64,000 nt of DNA from Pelagomonas calceolata (taxonomy: Eukaryota), in the NCBI GenBank assembly GCA_918797485.1, contig CAKKNE010000006.1, positions 3,348,001 through 3,412,000 on the forward strand, in the 5' to 3' direction. Position numbers and translations under genes: made by a program. Numbering within the stretch: the first letter of the stretch is position 1; every line of letters starts with the position of its first letter. Positions 1 through 11,965 of this stretch are shown in pieces. Under the pieces are notes generated by a model. The model was not told the origin of the DNA, did no database searches, and saw nothing but the letters and a program-made list of their open reading frames with translations.

Positions 1-648
1 GAGCCGGTCGAGGCGGACGGTGGCGACCTGTGTGGAAACCAACCAGTGCGTCGGGTGCACCCGACAATTCTTCACTAAGTCATTCCTCGGCGATGACGCT
101 GCCGTGCTGGCTCCGTCGAGCGGTGAGGAACCGGCACCGCCACGCCATCGAGCACGCGCAACGCGCCGTAAAATTTTGATTTCCACACAGGTGGCGACAT
201 TTTCGTTCGGGCGGAACAACGCAGTGTCCGAGGCTGTGTGGAAATCAACCAGTGCGTCGGGTGCAATTCTTCACTAAGTCATTTCCCGGCGATGACGCGG
301 CCATCCTGGCTCGGTCGAGCGGTGAGGAACCGGCATCACCACGCCATCGAGCAGGCGGCGCGTCGATGGCGTGGAGGTCGACGCGAAGATTCAGCACGAA
401 CGCGCCGTAAAATTTTGATTTCCACACACAGGTCCGAGGCCTTCTCGCGGGGCATGCGCTTCCGCACGGACATGCTCTTCAACGGCAGCATCTGCGGCGC
501 GCAGCGCGACAAGAATGGGGATCCGGACTTCGGCGCGCCGTGCGCGTTCGACGCCGTCCGCGAGGACCTGGCGCGGCGGCCGCTGCGGGGCGTGCCGGAC
601 GGGAGGCCGTTCCTCGAGGCCCGCCGGGACCTGGCTCGGAGGCGATGA
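1..648 (+). CDS. 3' part of hypothetical protein (5' truncated by window), two introner introns
   Basis: Exons <2-19, 191-225 and 432-648 join into one open frame (SRSRRTVATFSFGRNNAVSEAFSRGMRFRTDMLFNGSICG...LARRR*) after removing GT-AG introns 20-190 and 226-431. Confidence 0.6.
28..190. mobile_element. Introner/MITE copy 1
   Basis: TIRs ctgtgtggaaaccaa / ttgatttccacacag; perfect 8-bp TSD gtggcgac at 20-27 and 191-198; intron 20-190 (+). Confidence 0.95.
234..431. mobile_element. Introner/MITE copy 2
   Basis: Same TIRs (right one has an extra ca); TSD gtccgagg at 226-233 and 432-439; intron 226-431 (+). Confidence 0.95.
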
Positions 649-701
649 CACGAGTAATTACCATCGGATGGACCATTGCGGGGCGGGCGGAGGCGAAGCG
701 A

Positions 702-3700
702 CTACGCGGGCGCGACCGCGCCGGTGCGGCTCGGCGCCCGCAGGCACCACACCGCGCACGGGTGGCAGAACATCGTCCAGCCCATCAGGCTAATTCCCAC
801 GAGTAGGCCCATCGGCGAGTAATAGAACCTGTGTGGAAATCAAATTTTTACGGCGCGTTCGTGGCCGTCGAGTCATCGACGCGACGCCGGCTCGATGGCG
901 TGGCGATGCCGGTTCCTCGCCGCTCGACCGAGCCAGGACGGCCGCGTCATCGCCGGGAAATGACTTAGTGAAGAATTGTCGGGTGCACCCGACGCACTGG
1001 TTGATTTCCACACAGAGTAGAACATCGTGGGGGCCTTGAACCAGTAGTCGTGCCTGCCGCATCTCCGCAAGTGCCCCTTCGATTCGTGATGCTCCCACCA
1101 AACGCACGTGTCAAAGCGTTGTGGTACAAGAGCGGAGACCATCCAGAGGCCGGTAAAGAAGAAAAACCAAGCGAAACTGTGGAAGCACAGATTATCCCAC
1201 GCGAACCGCGTGCAGCCGCAACTCGTCGCCTCGGAGAAGACCACCTTATCGAGTTCCTTCTGCGCGTCGTCGTCGGCCTCGGCCTGGAGCATCTCGGCGA
1301 TCTCCCGGCCGAGCCGCGACTGCGCCAGACCCTCCTCGCCGCCGGCAATCCTCAAAAACACCTTCTCCATCGTCGCGCGCGCGAGCGAAAAGTCGATCAC
1401 GCCGAGCCGCGCGCAAGCGTCGTCGTCGAACGCGCGGAACGCGAGCGCCGGCGTCCGCCGCGGGTCGACGCCCGCGAGCTCGAGCGTCGCAATGTCCGCG
1501 TCCGCGGCGGCGACGTCGACGTCCGGCGACGAAAAGGCCTCGCGCGCGAACGCCACGAGGTCCGCAACGTGCGCGTCGTCCCGCGTCTCCAGGCGGCACG
1601 AGATCTCGTAGCCCGCCGCGTAGCGCTCCTTGAGCTCCTGCGGCGTCCCGATGCAGCGCATGGTGCCCTTGACCATGATGCCGAGGCGGTCGCAGAGGAG
1701 ATCAGCCTCGCCCATCGAGTGTGTCGTCAGGACGACGGCGCGGCCCTTCATAGTGACCTTGATGAGGTCCCAGAGATTCCTTTGCGCTCCTGGATCCAGG
1801 CCCGACGACGGCTCGTCCAGCAACACCACCGAGGGGCCGCCGACCAGCGCCACCGCGACCGCCAGCTTGCGCTTCATGCCCCCCGACAGGCGGCCGGCCG
1901 CTTTGTCGGCGTGGTCGGACAGGCCGACGACGGCGAGCGCTTGCTCCGCGGCGTGGCGCGCGTCTCCTTCGATGTCGACGCCCCGGAGCCGCGCGAAGAG
2001 ACTCAGATGGTCTCGGCCTGTGTGGAAATCAACCAGTAATTCTTCACTATCGAGCAGGCGTCACGTCGATGGCGTGGAGGACGACGCGATGATTCAGCAC
2101 GAACGCGCCGTAAAATTTGATTTCCACACAGGTCTCGGCAGCTCAGGTGGTCCCAGAGGACGTTCTTCTGGTTGACGACCTGTGTGGAAATCAAAATTAT
2201 GGCGTGGCGATGCCGTTTCCTCGCCGCTCGACCGAGCCAGGTCGGCCGCGTCGTCGCCGAGAAAAAAATCTTCGTGAAGAATTGTCGGGTGCACCCGACA
2301 CACTGGTTGATTTCCACACAGTTGACGACGCCGAGCGACCGCGCTGCGCGTTCGAAGTCCTGTGTGGAAATCAAATTTCGGGCGCCCCACGCCATCGACG
2401 CGATATTTTCTCCGTAGCTGCGTCTGCTCGATGGCGTGAAAGTCAGCCTAACTCACTGGTTGATTTCCACACAGCTCTTGACGGCCAGCACGCTCTTCCC
2501 CGCGACCCTGGCGTCGCCGGACGTCGGTTCGACGGCGCGGCAGATCATCGACACGGTCGTTGTCTTTCCGGCGCCGTTCGCGCCTAGTAAACCAAAAACC
2601 TGGCCCGTCGGCACGCCGAACGCCGCGCACTGGACGGACTCGACGGCCGCACCGCCGAAGAATCGCGGCGGATATATCTTCCGCAGCTCCGAGACGACGA
2701 GGCCGTCGCGGTCCGCTGACTTGATGTCTCGCACGAGCGGCGGCGGGTACGGGTCGTCGCCCGGCGGCACGTTCCGCAGCATGGCGACGGTGTCGCGCAC
2801 GGCGGCGGAAAACCTCGTCGGCGGCGGCCGCGACGGCGGCGCTTCCTCCTCCGGCTCGTCTACCACAATCTGGAAGTCGTCTTCGTTCGTCGACAGGGCG
2901 TCGCCCGCGCTCGCGGCGTCGCCCGCGCCGGTGAGTGCCGCGACGCGCGCGCGCTCCGCGGCGACGTCGTCGGGCATCGCGTTCGCGCGCACCTTGGAGA
3001 CCCGCGTCTTCACCCAGGCGAGCGGGCGCAGGGCCCGTTGATCTTTAAAGAAGACTATTCCTTCATAAAGTATGATGTGGAAAAAGGCGAAGATCACGGC
3101 CGCCCAGCCGCTCGGTAAAGGCGGGTCCGCGCGCTGCCGCGAAAGGGGCCCGTCGCCCGACGCCTCGAGAAATCCCCTGCGCTTCAGCTGCGGGTGGAAA
3201 GCCACCTTGCAGACCTGGACCGCCAGGTTGCCGAACGGCGTTGCGATCGATGCAAGCCACCCGAACTTACAGGAGATATCCTGGTATAGGAGCTGGTTGG
3301 GGTTGCTTGTTGTGACCACCCACCAAAGTCCTGCGAGCCCGGCCGGTGCCGCGCCGCCCACGAAAGCGATGAAAATGGGCGTCGACGCGACCGCAATGAG
3401 CGGCGAGTCGAACGTCGTCGTCGCGAAGTGCGAGAAGCTCACGATCCCCGCGCTGCAGAGCGGCAGTAAAATCCACAACCACGGCCAGCGCTCCATCCAG
3501 CGGCGGACGACGAACTTCGTGGCGTTCTGCCAGGCCCCGGCCCCGATGCCGCGGTCCCAGATGCTGTCGCAGTACCACTGCGTGATGGTATCGTAGGAAT
3601 CGGAGCTCCAAATACCGTTCTGGTCTTCTTGAAAGCCCCCCGGGTACCGGTCGTGGAAGGCGGTTGCTAGCGACGTGGCGGTCGCGTTGTAGGGCCCGAG

Positions 3701-6700
3701 GTCGAGATCCCCCTTCCGAGCGGCCGCGTGGAGCTGCGCGTAGGTCGGCGCGCTGCTACATAACCGCTTGCGATATGCCATGCGCGTCGCCGCTAACATA
3801 AAAACGACGCAGACCGAGCCGCCCACGAGTACCAGCGCGTCGCCGAGCCAGTTTCCCAGCCAGTACGTGAAGGTGTCGAGGCCCGAGACCGCCAGCAGAT
3901 TCCGCAGACCCCTGGCGCGCTCGCGGACGTAGGGCTCCACCACGAAGCCCGCCACAAGGAAGTAGGCGCCCACCAGGACCCCGGCGACGAGTACGTTGTA
4001 GCCCTCCGCCCACTTGCTTCCGAAGCGCGGGACCTTCTTCCTTCTGCCCATGGTTCCGCGCACGACCAGCGGCATCGCCGCCGCCGCCACTTGGAGGAGC
4101 ACCAGGATCGTTCCATGTATCCCGGCGGAACAAAACGCCGAGGCGAAGACGGAGCCCAAAACTTCCACGACGAGGCCAACAAAGAACCCGGCGACGCCGC
4201 CGGCGGTCCGCGCTCGCGCGCGGCGGCCCGCCGCGCTCGCGGCCATGCGCCGAAACGTCTTCTTGTCCACTTGCCAGCCCACAATCCAGCCCACACTCCA
4301 CCCCGTCCCCGCACCCGCGATCGCACCAAAGACCGATGTTGGAGAACCAAAGTACGGCCGGAGCCCGGCCTCGAGGCCTACGGCGATCGCCGTGGCCACC
4401 AGCGACGTCAGCCCCCGCGCCAGGGACTCCCACCATTCGGTTTTCACGAGGACACATGTCATCCCCACGAAGGCGCCTACGACACCGCCGGCGACCGCGC
4501 ATGGCGCCGACACCGAACTTTTGAAACAGTAGTATCGCACGCCGCATTCCAGCGCCGCCAACAAAAAAACGAATGCTGAAAAAGCGACGGAGGTCGCGAA
4601 CCACAAACCCAGGCCGAGCCAGCCGCCTCCCTGCACGCCCACGGCCACGCCGAGGGTCGGCGCCCCGGCCAGCGCCGCGACCAGGACGGCAAATTTCGTG
4701 GGTACCGTGAAGGTCGTGTGGTCTTTGCTTGCGCGCGCCCGCGCCACCGCTTGCTTGAGCCCGCCGGGCACCGCCGCGCCGCCGAGGACGAACTTTTTGA
4801 TCCACACGAGGTCGTCTCTTATTTGCTGGAGCCTGTGTGGGAATCAAGAGGTGAGTCGAGGTCACTTTGATCTGTCTGCACCGCTGGGAGCCGAAACTGG
4901 ACCACGGCCGCGACGAGCCTCCCCGCCGGCACCGGCTCGCCTGGCGCCGACGGCAGCAAGGCCCCGCCAACCAACGTCTCTGCCTCCACGGGCGCCGCCG
5001 CGCCCTCGACCTGCTCGCCGACGGCTATGAACACGTCCTCGAGCGACGTCGCCGTCACCGAAACGTCGACGAGGCCCAAGCCGTCGGCCTCGGCCTCCAG
5101 CCCCTCAAAGAGAGCTGCGACGCGTGCCCTGGGTGCGTGGACGGTGTACGTCGTCGTGACGTCGCGCGCGGAGTCTTCGAGGAGGGGGGCCTCGGCGTTC
5201 GCCCAGTTCCGCGACGCGGAGAAGCTCGTGCCACGGGTCGCGTTCAGGAGAGGACTCTTAAATGATGACGAAAAGCTCTTCGGCGTCGACCCGAGCAGCG
5301 GGTTCGCGGCGTCCGTTTCGGTCGCCCGGCGGAGGTCCTCCTCGAGCTTCGAGGCCGCCGCCAGCTTGGCTCCGGGCACGTGCTGCGCAAAAATCCCTTT
5401 AAGTTGATCGCGCGCCGCGGCAGTCGTCGTCACCGCCACGTGGAGGCCGCCGGTCGACGTGTCCGCGCCGCCCTCGGCCTTGGCTCGAGCCTCGGCCGCC
5501 TCCCGCTCCAGACGAGCCTTCTCCGCGGCTAATCGTTCCCGCTCCTCGGCCCCGGCCGCGGCCATGCGTTCCGCTAACGCTTTGGCCTCCGCCTCCTTCC
5601 GCCTCGCCTCCTCCTCCGCCGCCTTGCGGCGAGCGGCGACCTCTGCGTCGTCGCCCCCGCCGAAGTGCCGCTTCAGGAAAGAGAGAGTGCCGCAGCACGT
5701 CACGCTCCCGGCCGCCATGATCGCCACCCGGTCCGCCAATGCTTCGGCCTCCTCCATGTGGTGCGTCGTGAGGAGCACCGACCGGTCGACGCGGACGTCC
5801 CGCAGCAGGGTCCAGACCTCGCGCCGCGCCACGGGGTCCATCCCCGCCGTCGGCTCGTCGAGGACCACGAGCCTGGACCCGCCGGTCAGCGCCGCGGCCA
5901 TCATCACCTTGCGCTTCTGGCCGCCCGAGAGCTTGAGCGGAAACCCCTCGGCCATTTCCGCGAGGCGGAAGAGCTCCAGCAGGCCAGTCGCCTCGTTCTC
6001 CGCTCTAGCTTCCTCGACGCCCTTGAGCCGTGAGTAGAAAATGAGGTGCTCCCGGAGCGTGAGCTGAGGGAACAGCGCGTCGTGCTGCGGGCAGAAGCCG
6101 AGGAGCTGGCGGAGCCGGTCGAGGCCGTCTGCTTCAGCTAAGGGGCCAAGCGTTCGTATACCAAAGAAACTTGCGCTGCCGCCGTCGGGCGCCATCGCAC
6201 CAGTCATCATGGACATGGTGGTCGTCTTGCCCGCGCCGTTGTGACCCAGCAGGCAGAAGATCTCCGAGTCGCGAATCGCAAACGTCGCGTCGGATACGGC
6301 GACCTTCTTCCCGAAGGCCTTCCGGAGGCCTCTTACCTGGACCGGCGCGTCGGCGCTTTCATCGTTCTCGAACCACTCGTCGTGGTCCACGAGCGGCGCC
6401 TTCTCCACGACCTCGTCCGGCGGCGGCGGTCGCCAGTACGCCTTCCGGATGCAAAAGAGCAGGTCCTTGCCCTTGCCCCGCGCCGCCGACGTCGAGACCT
6501 GGATCACGTACCACAGGACGGCCGCCCACAGCGCCACGGACACCATCAGCATGCAGTAGACCCCGGCCGTCCACGCGGACTCGGGCCGCCAGCCCCGATC
6601 CTCAGTCTTCTCGTACCAGAAGGGCCAAACGTCCTCGCACATGAGGTGCTCGTCGGCGCAGGGCGCCGCCGTCAGCGCCTGGCTCTGCAGATACTGCTCG

Positions 6701-9700
6701 AAAGCCTCGAGCCGCGGCCCCGGGGCTTTTTCCCAGCACTCTTTTCTACACTGCTTGCACGGGTAGCGCTCCCCCACAAAGCCGTCGGCGACGAGCCGGC
6801 ACCGCCAGCCCGCTCGCTTTCCCGTCGGGCTGAACGAGTCCACCAACAAATCGTAGGCGAACTGCGGCAGGAAAGCCGCGCCGGCGAAGTGCGCGCGCGG
6901 CCGCGCCCGCAGGGTCCAGTGCGTTCGGAGCCGGCCGCCACCGTGACGGTTCCAGGTCCGGAGCGGGTTCCAGGCGAGGTAGCACCCGTGCAGGGCCGCG
7001 TGCAACAGGGGCGGGAACCCCGCCGCGGCGATCTGCGACCGAAGGAGGCACGTGACCACCACGAAGGTCTGGAGGGTGAGCGCCAGCAGGAAGAGCCAGT
7101 GGAGGGCGAAGAGCTCGAGGAACGCGGCGACCTCGAAACTCTTGCCGGCGCGCCGGAAGAGGCCCGGCGCGGCGCCCGCGGCGATCGCGACGGCGACGCC
7201 GCCGCCGACGGCGACGCCCTCGACCAAAAAGGATGCGAGCCAGTAGGCCGCGTCGGCGCCGCCCGCCGCGCGCGTCGCCTCGCGCGTGCCTTGCGCGACG
7301 TCCCCCACCAACGCCGAGGCGACGACCTGGACCCACGGGAAGAAGAAGAACTGGAACACTTTGAGCTCGAGGTCGCCGTGGATCGTGTCGAAGCCTGCGC
7401 TCGCTTTGGTGCTCCGCTGTTTTCGATTTCGTTCCCTGGTGTCGTACAGTAACCACAGGACGCCGACGCCGAGGAGCGGGACGAATACTTGCTTGGCCAG
7501 GGCGCCCGTCGTGCGCTTTTTTATAATCCACGCCTTGCGCACGAGGAGCGCGGTGCGTTCCGTGAGCGACGGCGGCTCGGCGGCGTGTTTCGGCGCGGCG
7601 CCGTCGGCGCCCGCGGGCGCCGCCTCCGCGAGCGAGAAGAGCTGGCCCCTTTGGACGCCCTCCGGCACCTTGACCTTGATGCCGTCGGGGCGGGTCACGA
7701 TCGTGCCCGGCGGGCCCGGCGCCACGACCCAGGGGACCGTCTGCTCCGTCCCGTCCTCCGCGGTGTAGACGGCCGCGGGCGGCCGCTTGACCAGGAGTCG
7801 CCGCCAAAATTCGCCGCAGCGGCCACAGCAGCCACAGTAGAGGCAGCGGCCGAGGCGGGCCGTCCCCTTCTTCGGGCCCTTGTCCGCGAGCGGCGCGGCG
7901 ACGGCCCGCTTCCTAAGCGACGCGACGCCGGCCGAGAGCTTTTCCAGAAGCGCGACGACGGCTTGCTTGTTCTTAAGCGACGCGACGCGCGGCGCGACGT
8001 GGCGTCTGAAAAGCGCCGCGACGCCGGCCGAGAGCTTCTCCACCCGAGGCGCGACGTGGCGTCTGAACCAGGGGCGCCGCTCGCAGAACTTCTCGTAGCG
8101 CGCGCGCGCCTCGTCGCGGAACACGATCAGCAGCCCGCCGAAGAACAGGAAGAAAAAGAGCGGCGCGGCGCCCGCCCCTAATTGCCAGCTGAGCGTCGAC
8201 ACGAGCACTATGGGAACGATCGTGGCCGGAACCACTCCGGGCCGGCGTCGCAGCAGCGCCGGCAGGGTGCACAACAACTCGAGCCAGCCGCCGCAGCAGA
8301 CGAAGTAGCAGTAGCGGGCCCCGACCCCGTCCTCTATCTGCCGATTGACCCAGTTCCGTAAGCGTTGGAGGTGCGCGTATCCAAGGCACGCCGGCTGCGA
8401 GACGCAGCACGCCGCCGCGACGCCGACGACGTAGATGAGGCCGACGCCCAGCCACGCGACGATTTGTCTGGCCGTGACCCAAGTTACAATGTGGGGGTCG
8501 TAGAGTATACGATAAAACCCCTCGTGGGCATTCCAACGCGCCGCGGCCGCCCGCGACGCGAAGCCGCAGGCGTCCGGAATCGCGTCGCCGCCGCCCTTGT
8601 CGGGCCACTTCTTCACGGCGGCCCTGAGCTTCTCGAAGAGGACGGGGTCGTGGCCGAGCTCGGCGCACGTCTTCCCGCAGGTCCCGAGGCAGCCGCCGTG
8701 GAACTCGCGCGCCGCGGCCCGCGCGCACGCGTCGGCCGCCGCGGTCGTCGGCGCCGCGTCCAGGCCCCGCCAGCGGCGGGGCGCGCGCGTCGAGGCCCAG
8801 AAGTTGTCCCACGGGTGGCCCCAGTTCGGGTCGGTGTTGGCGTAGTGGCCGTCCCTGTACAGCCACGCCTCGTCCCAGGCCTTGCCCCCCGCGAGCTGCG
8901 CGTGGAAGAAGTCGCCGTCCGCGGTGACCACGCCGCAGGCCCGGATGCGCTGGCGCTCGCCCACGCGCCGGTTCTTCCGCGAGGCCGGCCAGGGCTCCTG
9001 CTCCCGCAGGTCGGCCCGGAACCAGTTGCGGACGCAGGCGTTGTCGCCGAGTCTTTCCTTGTACTCCCACGACCAGAGGCGGTCCCACCAGCGCCACGAA
9101 TCCTCGCGGACGTAGTAGAGCGCGCCGGACGCCGGGTCGCACCGCAGGCCGTCGCAGGCGTAGGGCTCGCCCCTAAAGTCGCAGGGGGGCGTGCGGGCGT
9201 GCTCGCCGTCGTAGTCCATGGTGCCAAAATACTTCAAGAGGACGTCGCACCGCCGGGGACCGCTGCGGTGGAAGCATTCCGGCGCGGGCGCGACGCATTT
9301 CGCGTCGTCGGAAGTCCCGTTCGTGCAGCACGCGCCGACGCCGGGGACGAAGTCCACGCCCGCCAGCGTGTGGTCGTCGGCGCAGTACCGGGACTGCGGC
9401 CCAAAAATGCGGGTCCGTTCCCAGAAGGGAGTCTCGTAATGCATGCCGTAGCAGTCCTCCTTGATCGTAAACCCGCTGTGTTCATCCAAAGGATCCCAAA
9501 AACGATCCACGGCGGCGCCCCCGGGCATCATCCCGCGGCACGCGTCGTCGACGCAGTCGGCGCGGGGCGACGGCCGCGCGAAGCACGCCGCCGGCGCGTC
9601 CGCCTTCGGCCGGCAGGTCGTCTCGCGGAACCACTCCTCGCGGTCCGGCTCCTCCCCCCAATCCTCCCCCCAGTGCGCCTCGCAAAAGTGCTGAGAGCAG

Positions 9701-10650
9701 GCCTCTCCTGCAAGGTAGACCGTCCGACACGTGGAGGTGCCGTCGCCATCGTCGGCGGGTTTATCTCCGCACTCGGCTTCGCAGCAGTCGCGCCACTCCA
9801 CCGGGCGCCGCCCCTCGTTCGCGTGGGCCTCCCAGCAGATGCCTTCGGCGTCCACGTCCGCGGCCGTCGTCAGGTTGTCGACGGCGCCCTCGCAGCACGT
9901 GAAGACGCAGGGCGCGTCGCCCGCCACGACCGTGTACCCGTCCGCGCACGCGGCGGTCTCGTTCGGCCCCGCGCAGCAGGCGCCGGCCTCGGTGGCCAAG
10001 GTGCCCCAACTGCTCCCCGCGAGCGGCGGGTCGTCGAGGCCCTTGTGCACGCTGCACTCGAAGTCCCGGAGCGCGCCGTCGTGGCCCGTCGGCCCGGGAC
10101 CGCAGTGCTCGTTGAAGTTGCCCGTCCGCCACGCGCCGTCGCACTTGCAGTCGCTGTTCCAGTCGCAGCAGTCGTGCTGCTGGCCGCAGTCGTGGTAGCC
10201 GACGGGGCACCAACCGTGGGGCTTGGACGCGTTCTCGTGGTACGCGAGGCTGCAGTCCACGTTCGCAGGCAAATCTGAATTGCACGGTCGGTACTTTTTT
10301 CCATTTGTCTTCCCACGTTCCCGACGCAAGCACGACGGGGCTCGAAAGCGTTCGCACTGGTCGTCGCAGGCGCAGTCCGCGTCGCGGTCGCAGCAATCGC
10401 CGCACTCGTAGTAGCCTTCGGGGCACTTGGGCGTGCGCCAGGCGTGGTCGTAGGCGTCGCCGCCGTGGCCGTCGCAGTTGCAGTCCGCGTCCTCGTCGCA
10501 GCAGCTGGCGCACGTGTAGTAGCCCGCGGCGCAGATCGGCGCCGCGCTCGCGTTTCGCGGTTCGACGCGGCACTGCGTGTTGTCGCAGACGAAGGGCGGC
10601 TCGGGCAGCGCCCCGTAGGCGGCGGCCAGGCCCGCGAGCCGCCGGAGCAT
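702..10650 (-). CDS. Full-size ABCA-family transporter (~3099 aa) with N-terminal Cys-rich ectodomain
   Basis: Exons 10650-4892, 4832-2483, 2359-2330, 2179-2140, 2017-1024 and 828-702 total 9300 nt in frame. Two NBDs (GHNGAGKTT/LSGGQKRK/LDEPTAGMD and GANGAGKTT/LSGGMKRK/LDEPSSGLD), two multi-TM regions, ABCA-type SLEDVF/TMEKVF motifs. Confidence 0.88.
829..1015. mobile_element. Introner/MITE copy 3
   Basis: TIRs intact; TSD aatagaac (821-828) / agtagaac (1016-1023), 7/8 match; intron 1023-829 on the - strand. Confidence 0.93.
2018..2131. mobile_element. Introner/MITE copy 4 (GC-AG intron)
   Basis: TIRs intact; TSD gtctcggc at 2010-2017 and 2132-2139; on the - strand the donor is GC; splicing restores WDHLSCRDHLSLFARLRG. 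Confidence 0.92.
2180..2321. mobile_element. Introner/MITE copy 5
   Basis: TIRs intact; TSD ttgacgac at 2172-2179 and 2322-2329; intron 2329-2180 (-). Confidence 0.95.
2360..2474. mobile_element. Introner/MITE copy 6 (no matching TSD)
   Basis: TIRs intact; GT donor 8 nt outside the TIR (2482); splicing gives GKSVLA|DFERAARSLG, but the flanking 8-mers do not match. Confidence 0.88.
4833..4891 (-). mobile_element. Degenerate short introner intron (copy 7)
   Basis: One recognisable TIR (ctgtgtgggaatcaa) supplies the acceptor; the other end is decayed; TSD-like gctcccagc/gctccagc. It joins the 1980-aa and 784-aa ORFs in frame. Donor position uncertain (GC). Confidence 0.7.
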
Positions 10651-11011
10651 CGCGTGCCCCAAAGAGTTTTTCACAGTGTGCTGGAATCGATGGGGCAGCA
10701 GCGCTGGCTCTGATTGCTCGGCGCTGCCTGCCTGCCTTGCAAATGCAGCAAAGATCTTCACAAAGGCGCTGGATTGGTGGGGCAGCGCTGATTAGATAGC
10801 TGCCCCGGCGCCGGAGCTCTGGGCGCTGCTGGTTTGCAAATGCAAATCTAGTGGGCAGCCCTAGAGGTGGGTGACATAAAACGCGCCTCTTCTCTCCTAG
10901 ATTTCCCACGGTACGACCTCTCCGGAACTGCAACTTATTTAGGCGAGGCGGCCACGATCGCCGCGAGGCGCCCGCCCGACGATACCACCACACTATTACC
11001 ACACTATAATA

Positions 11012-11755
11012 TTAAGATGCCTGTCCCACGGCCGCCGACGACGCGGCCAGCGCGTCCTCCGCGGCCTCCCAGGCCGTCCGCGCCCGGTGGAGCCGCCGCC
11101 AGCAGGCCGCCGCCGGCGCGCCCGGCGCCCAGGCCACCTCGACGAGCTCGCAGTTGTCGAACTGGAACTTCGGGTCTCGGAACGTGTCCATCGCGCCCCC
11201 GAGCGCCGCCGCGACCATGCACCGCCCGAGCGCGCCGTGCGACACGACGAGGCTGCACGGCGGCGCGTCGCGACGCAGCGCGGCCCAGTTGCCCACGGCG
11301 CGCGCCCACAGGTCGGGCAGCGGCCGCGCGCCGTCGTCCATCACGAAGGCGGCAGGGTCCGCCTTCCAGCGCGCCCAGCCCGTGTCCATGACCTCGCTTT
11401 TGAGCTTTCCCTCCCAGGTATGCAATTCGATCTCCCGCAGATCGTCGCGCACGACGGGCTCCGGTAGTAATGTGCCGCAGGCCTCCTCGATGCACGCGAG
11501 CGTCTGCCGCGCGCGCGTCATGGGCGACACCCAGACCTTGGATATCCTCGCGAGTTCCTCGTCAGCAATGTAGCAGCCCAGCTCCTCGGCCTGGCGCACG
11601 CCCCGGGCCGTCAGCACGGACGTATCCAAAGTGCCCTGGATGCGGCCCTCCGCATTAAAGTTCGTCTCGCCGTGGCGCGCGATCAGGAAGCGTTGCGCGC
11701 CTTGCGGCGGCTCGAGCGCCATCGTCAGTGTGATTGTCACTGCTGCGATGCGCAT
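11012..11755 (-). CDS. Histidine phosphatase / phosphoglycerate mutase family protein
   Basis: RHGETNFNAEGRIQG, SPMTRARQT, LREI and VSHG motifs; hydrophobic N-terminus. Confidence 0.88.
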   Translation of the reverse strand: MRIAAVTITLTMALEPPQGAQRFLIARHGETNFNAEGRIQGTLDTSVLTARGVRQAEELGCYIADEELARISKVWVSPMTRARQTLACIEEACGTLLPEPVVRDDLREIELHTWEGKLKSEVMDTGWARWKADPAAFVMDDGARPLPDLWARAVGNWAALRRDAPPCSLVVSHGALGRCMVAAALGGAMDTFRDPKFQFDNCELVEVAWAPGAPAAACWRRLHRARTAWEAAEDALAASSAAVGQAS

Positions 11756-11942
11756 GGGTGTGCACGCCTTGATGCTCTATGCTCTCCGGGACTCGTGTCT
11801 CTGCACGGCTCTCCCGCCCTCTTGGTGGCGCGCAAGGTTTGCACCTGGGCGCGCACGACTATGACCTCTCTCGGAAGGAGCTCTAGTGATGATCTATGCA
11901 GCATAGCACCCAAAACGAGCCACAGCTTGTGAAATTAGCGGG

Positions 11943-11965
11943 GCTAGCGGCCTGTAAGACACTAG
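11943..11965 (+). promoter_or_regulatory. Recurrent intergenic motif GCTAGCGGCCTGTAAGACACTAG, copy 1
   Basis: Identical copy at 23194 and near-identical copy at 17487; lies between divergent genes. Confidence 0.5.

Noticed and set aside
20..1107. Short ORFs containing CVEINQ / LISTQ / VWKS peptides as a protein family
   Set aside because: They are translations of the introner TIRs.
28..2474. Repeated CTGTGTGGAAATCAA units as a CRISPR array
   Set aside because: The repeats are inverted pairs with homologous interiors and TSDs, spacing is irregular, there are no cas genes and the context is eukaryotic.
873..10761. Three separate ABC genes or a frameshifted pseudogene
   Set aside because: Introner removal gives a single in-frame 9300-nt CDS.
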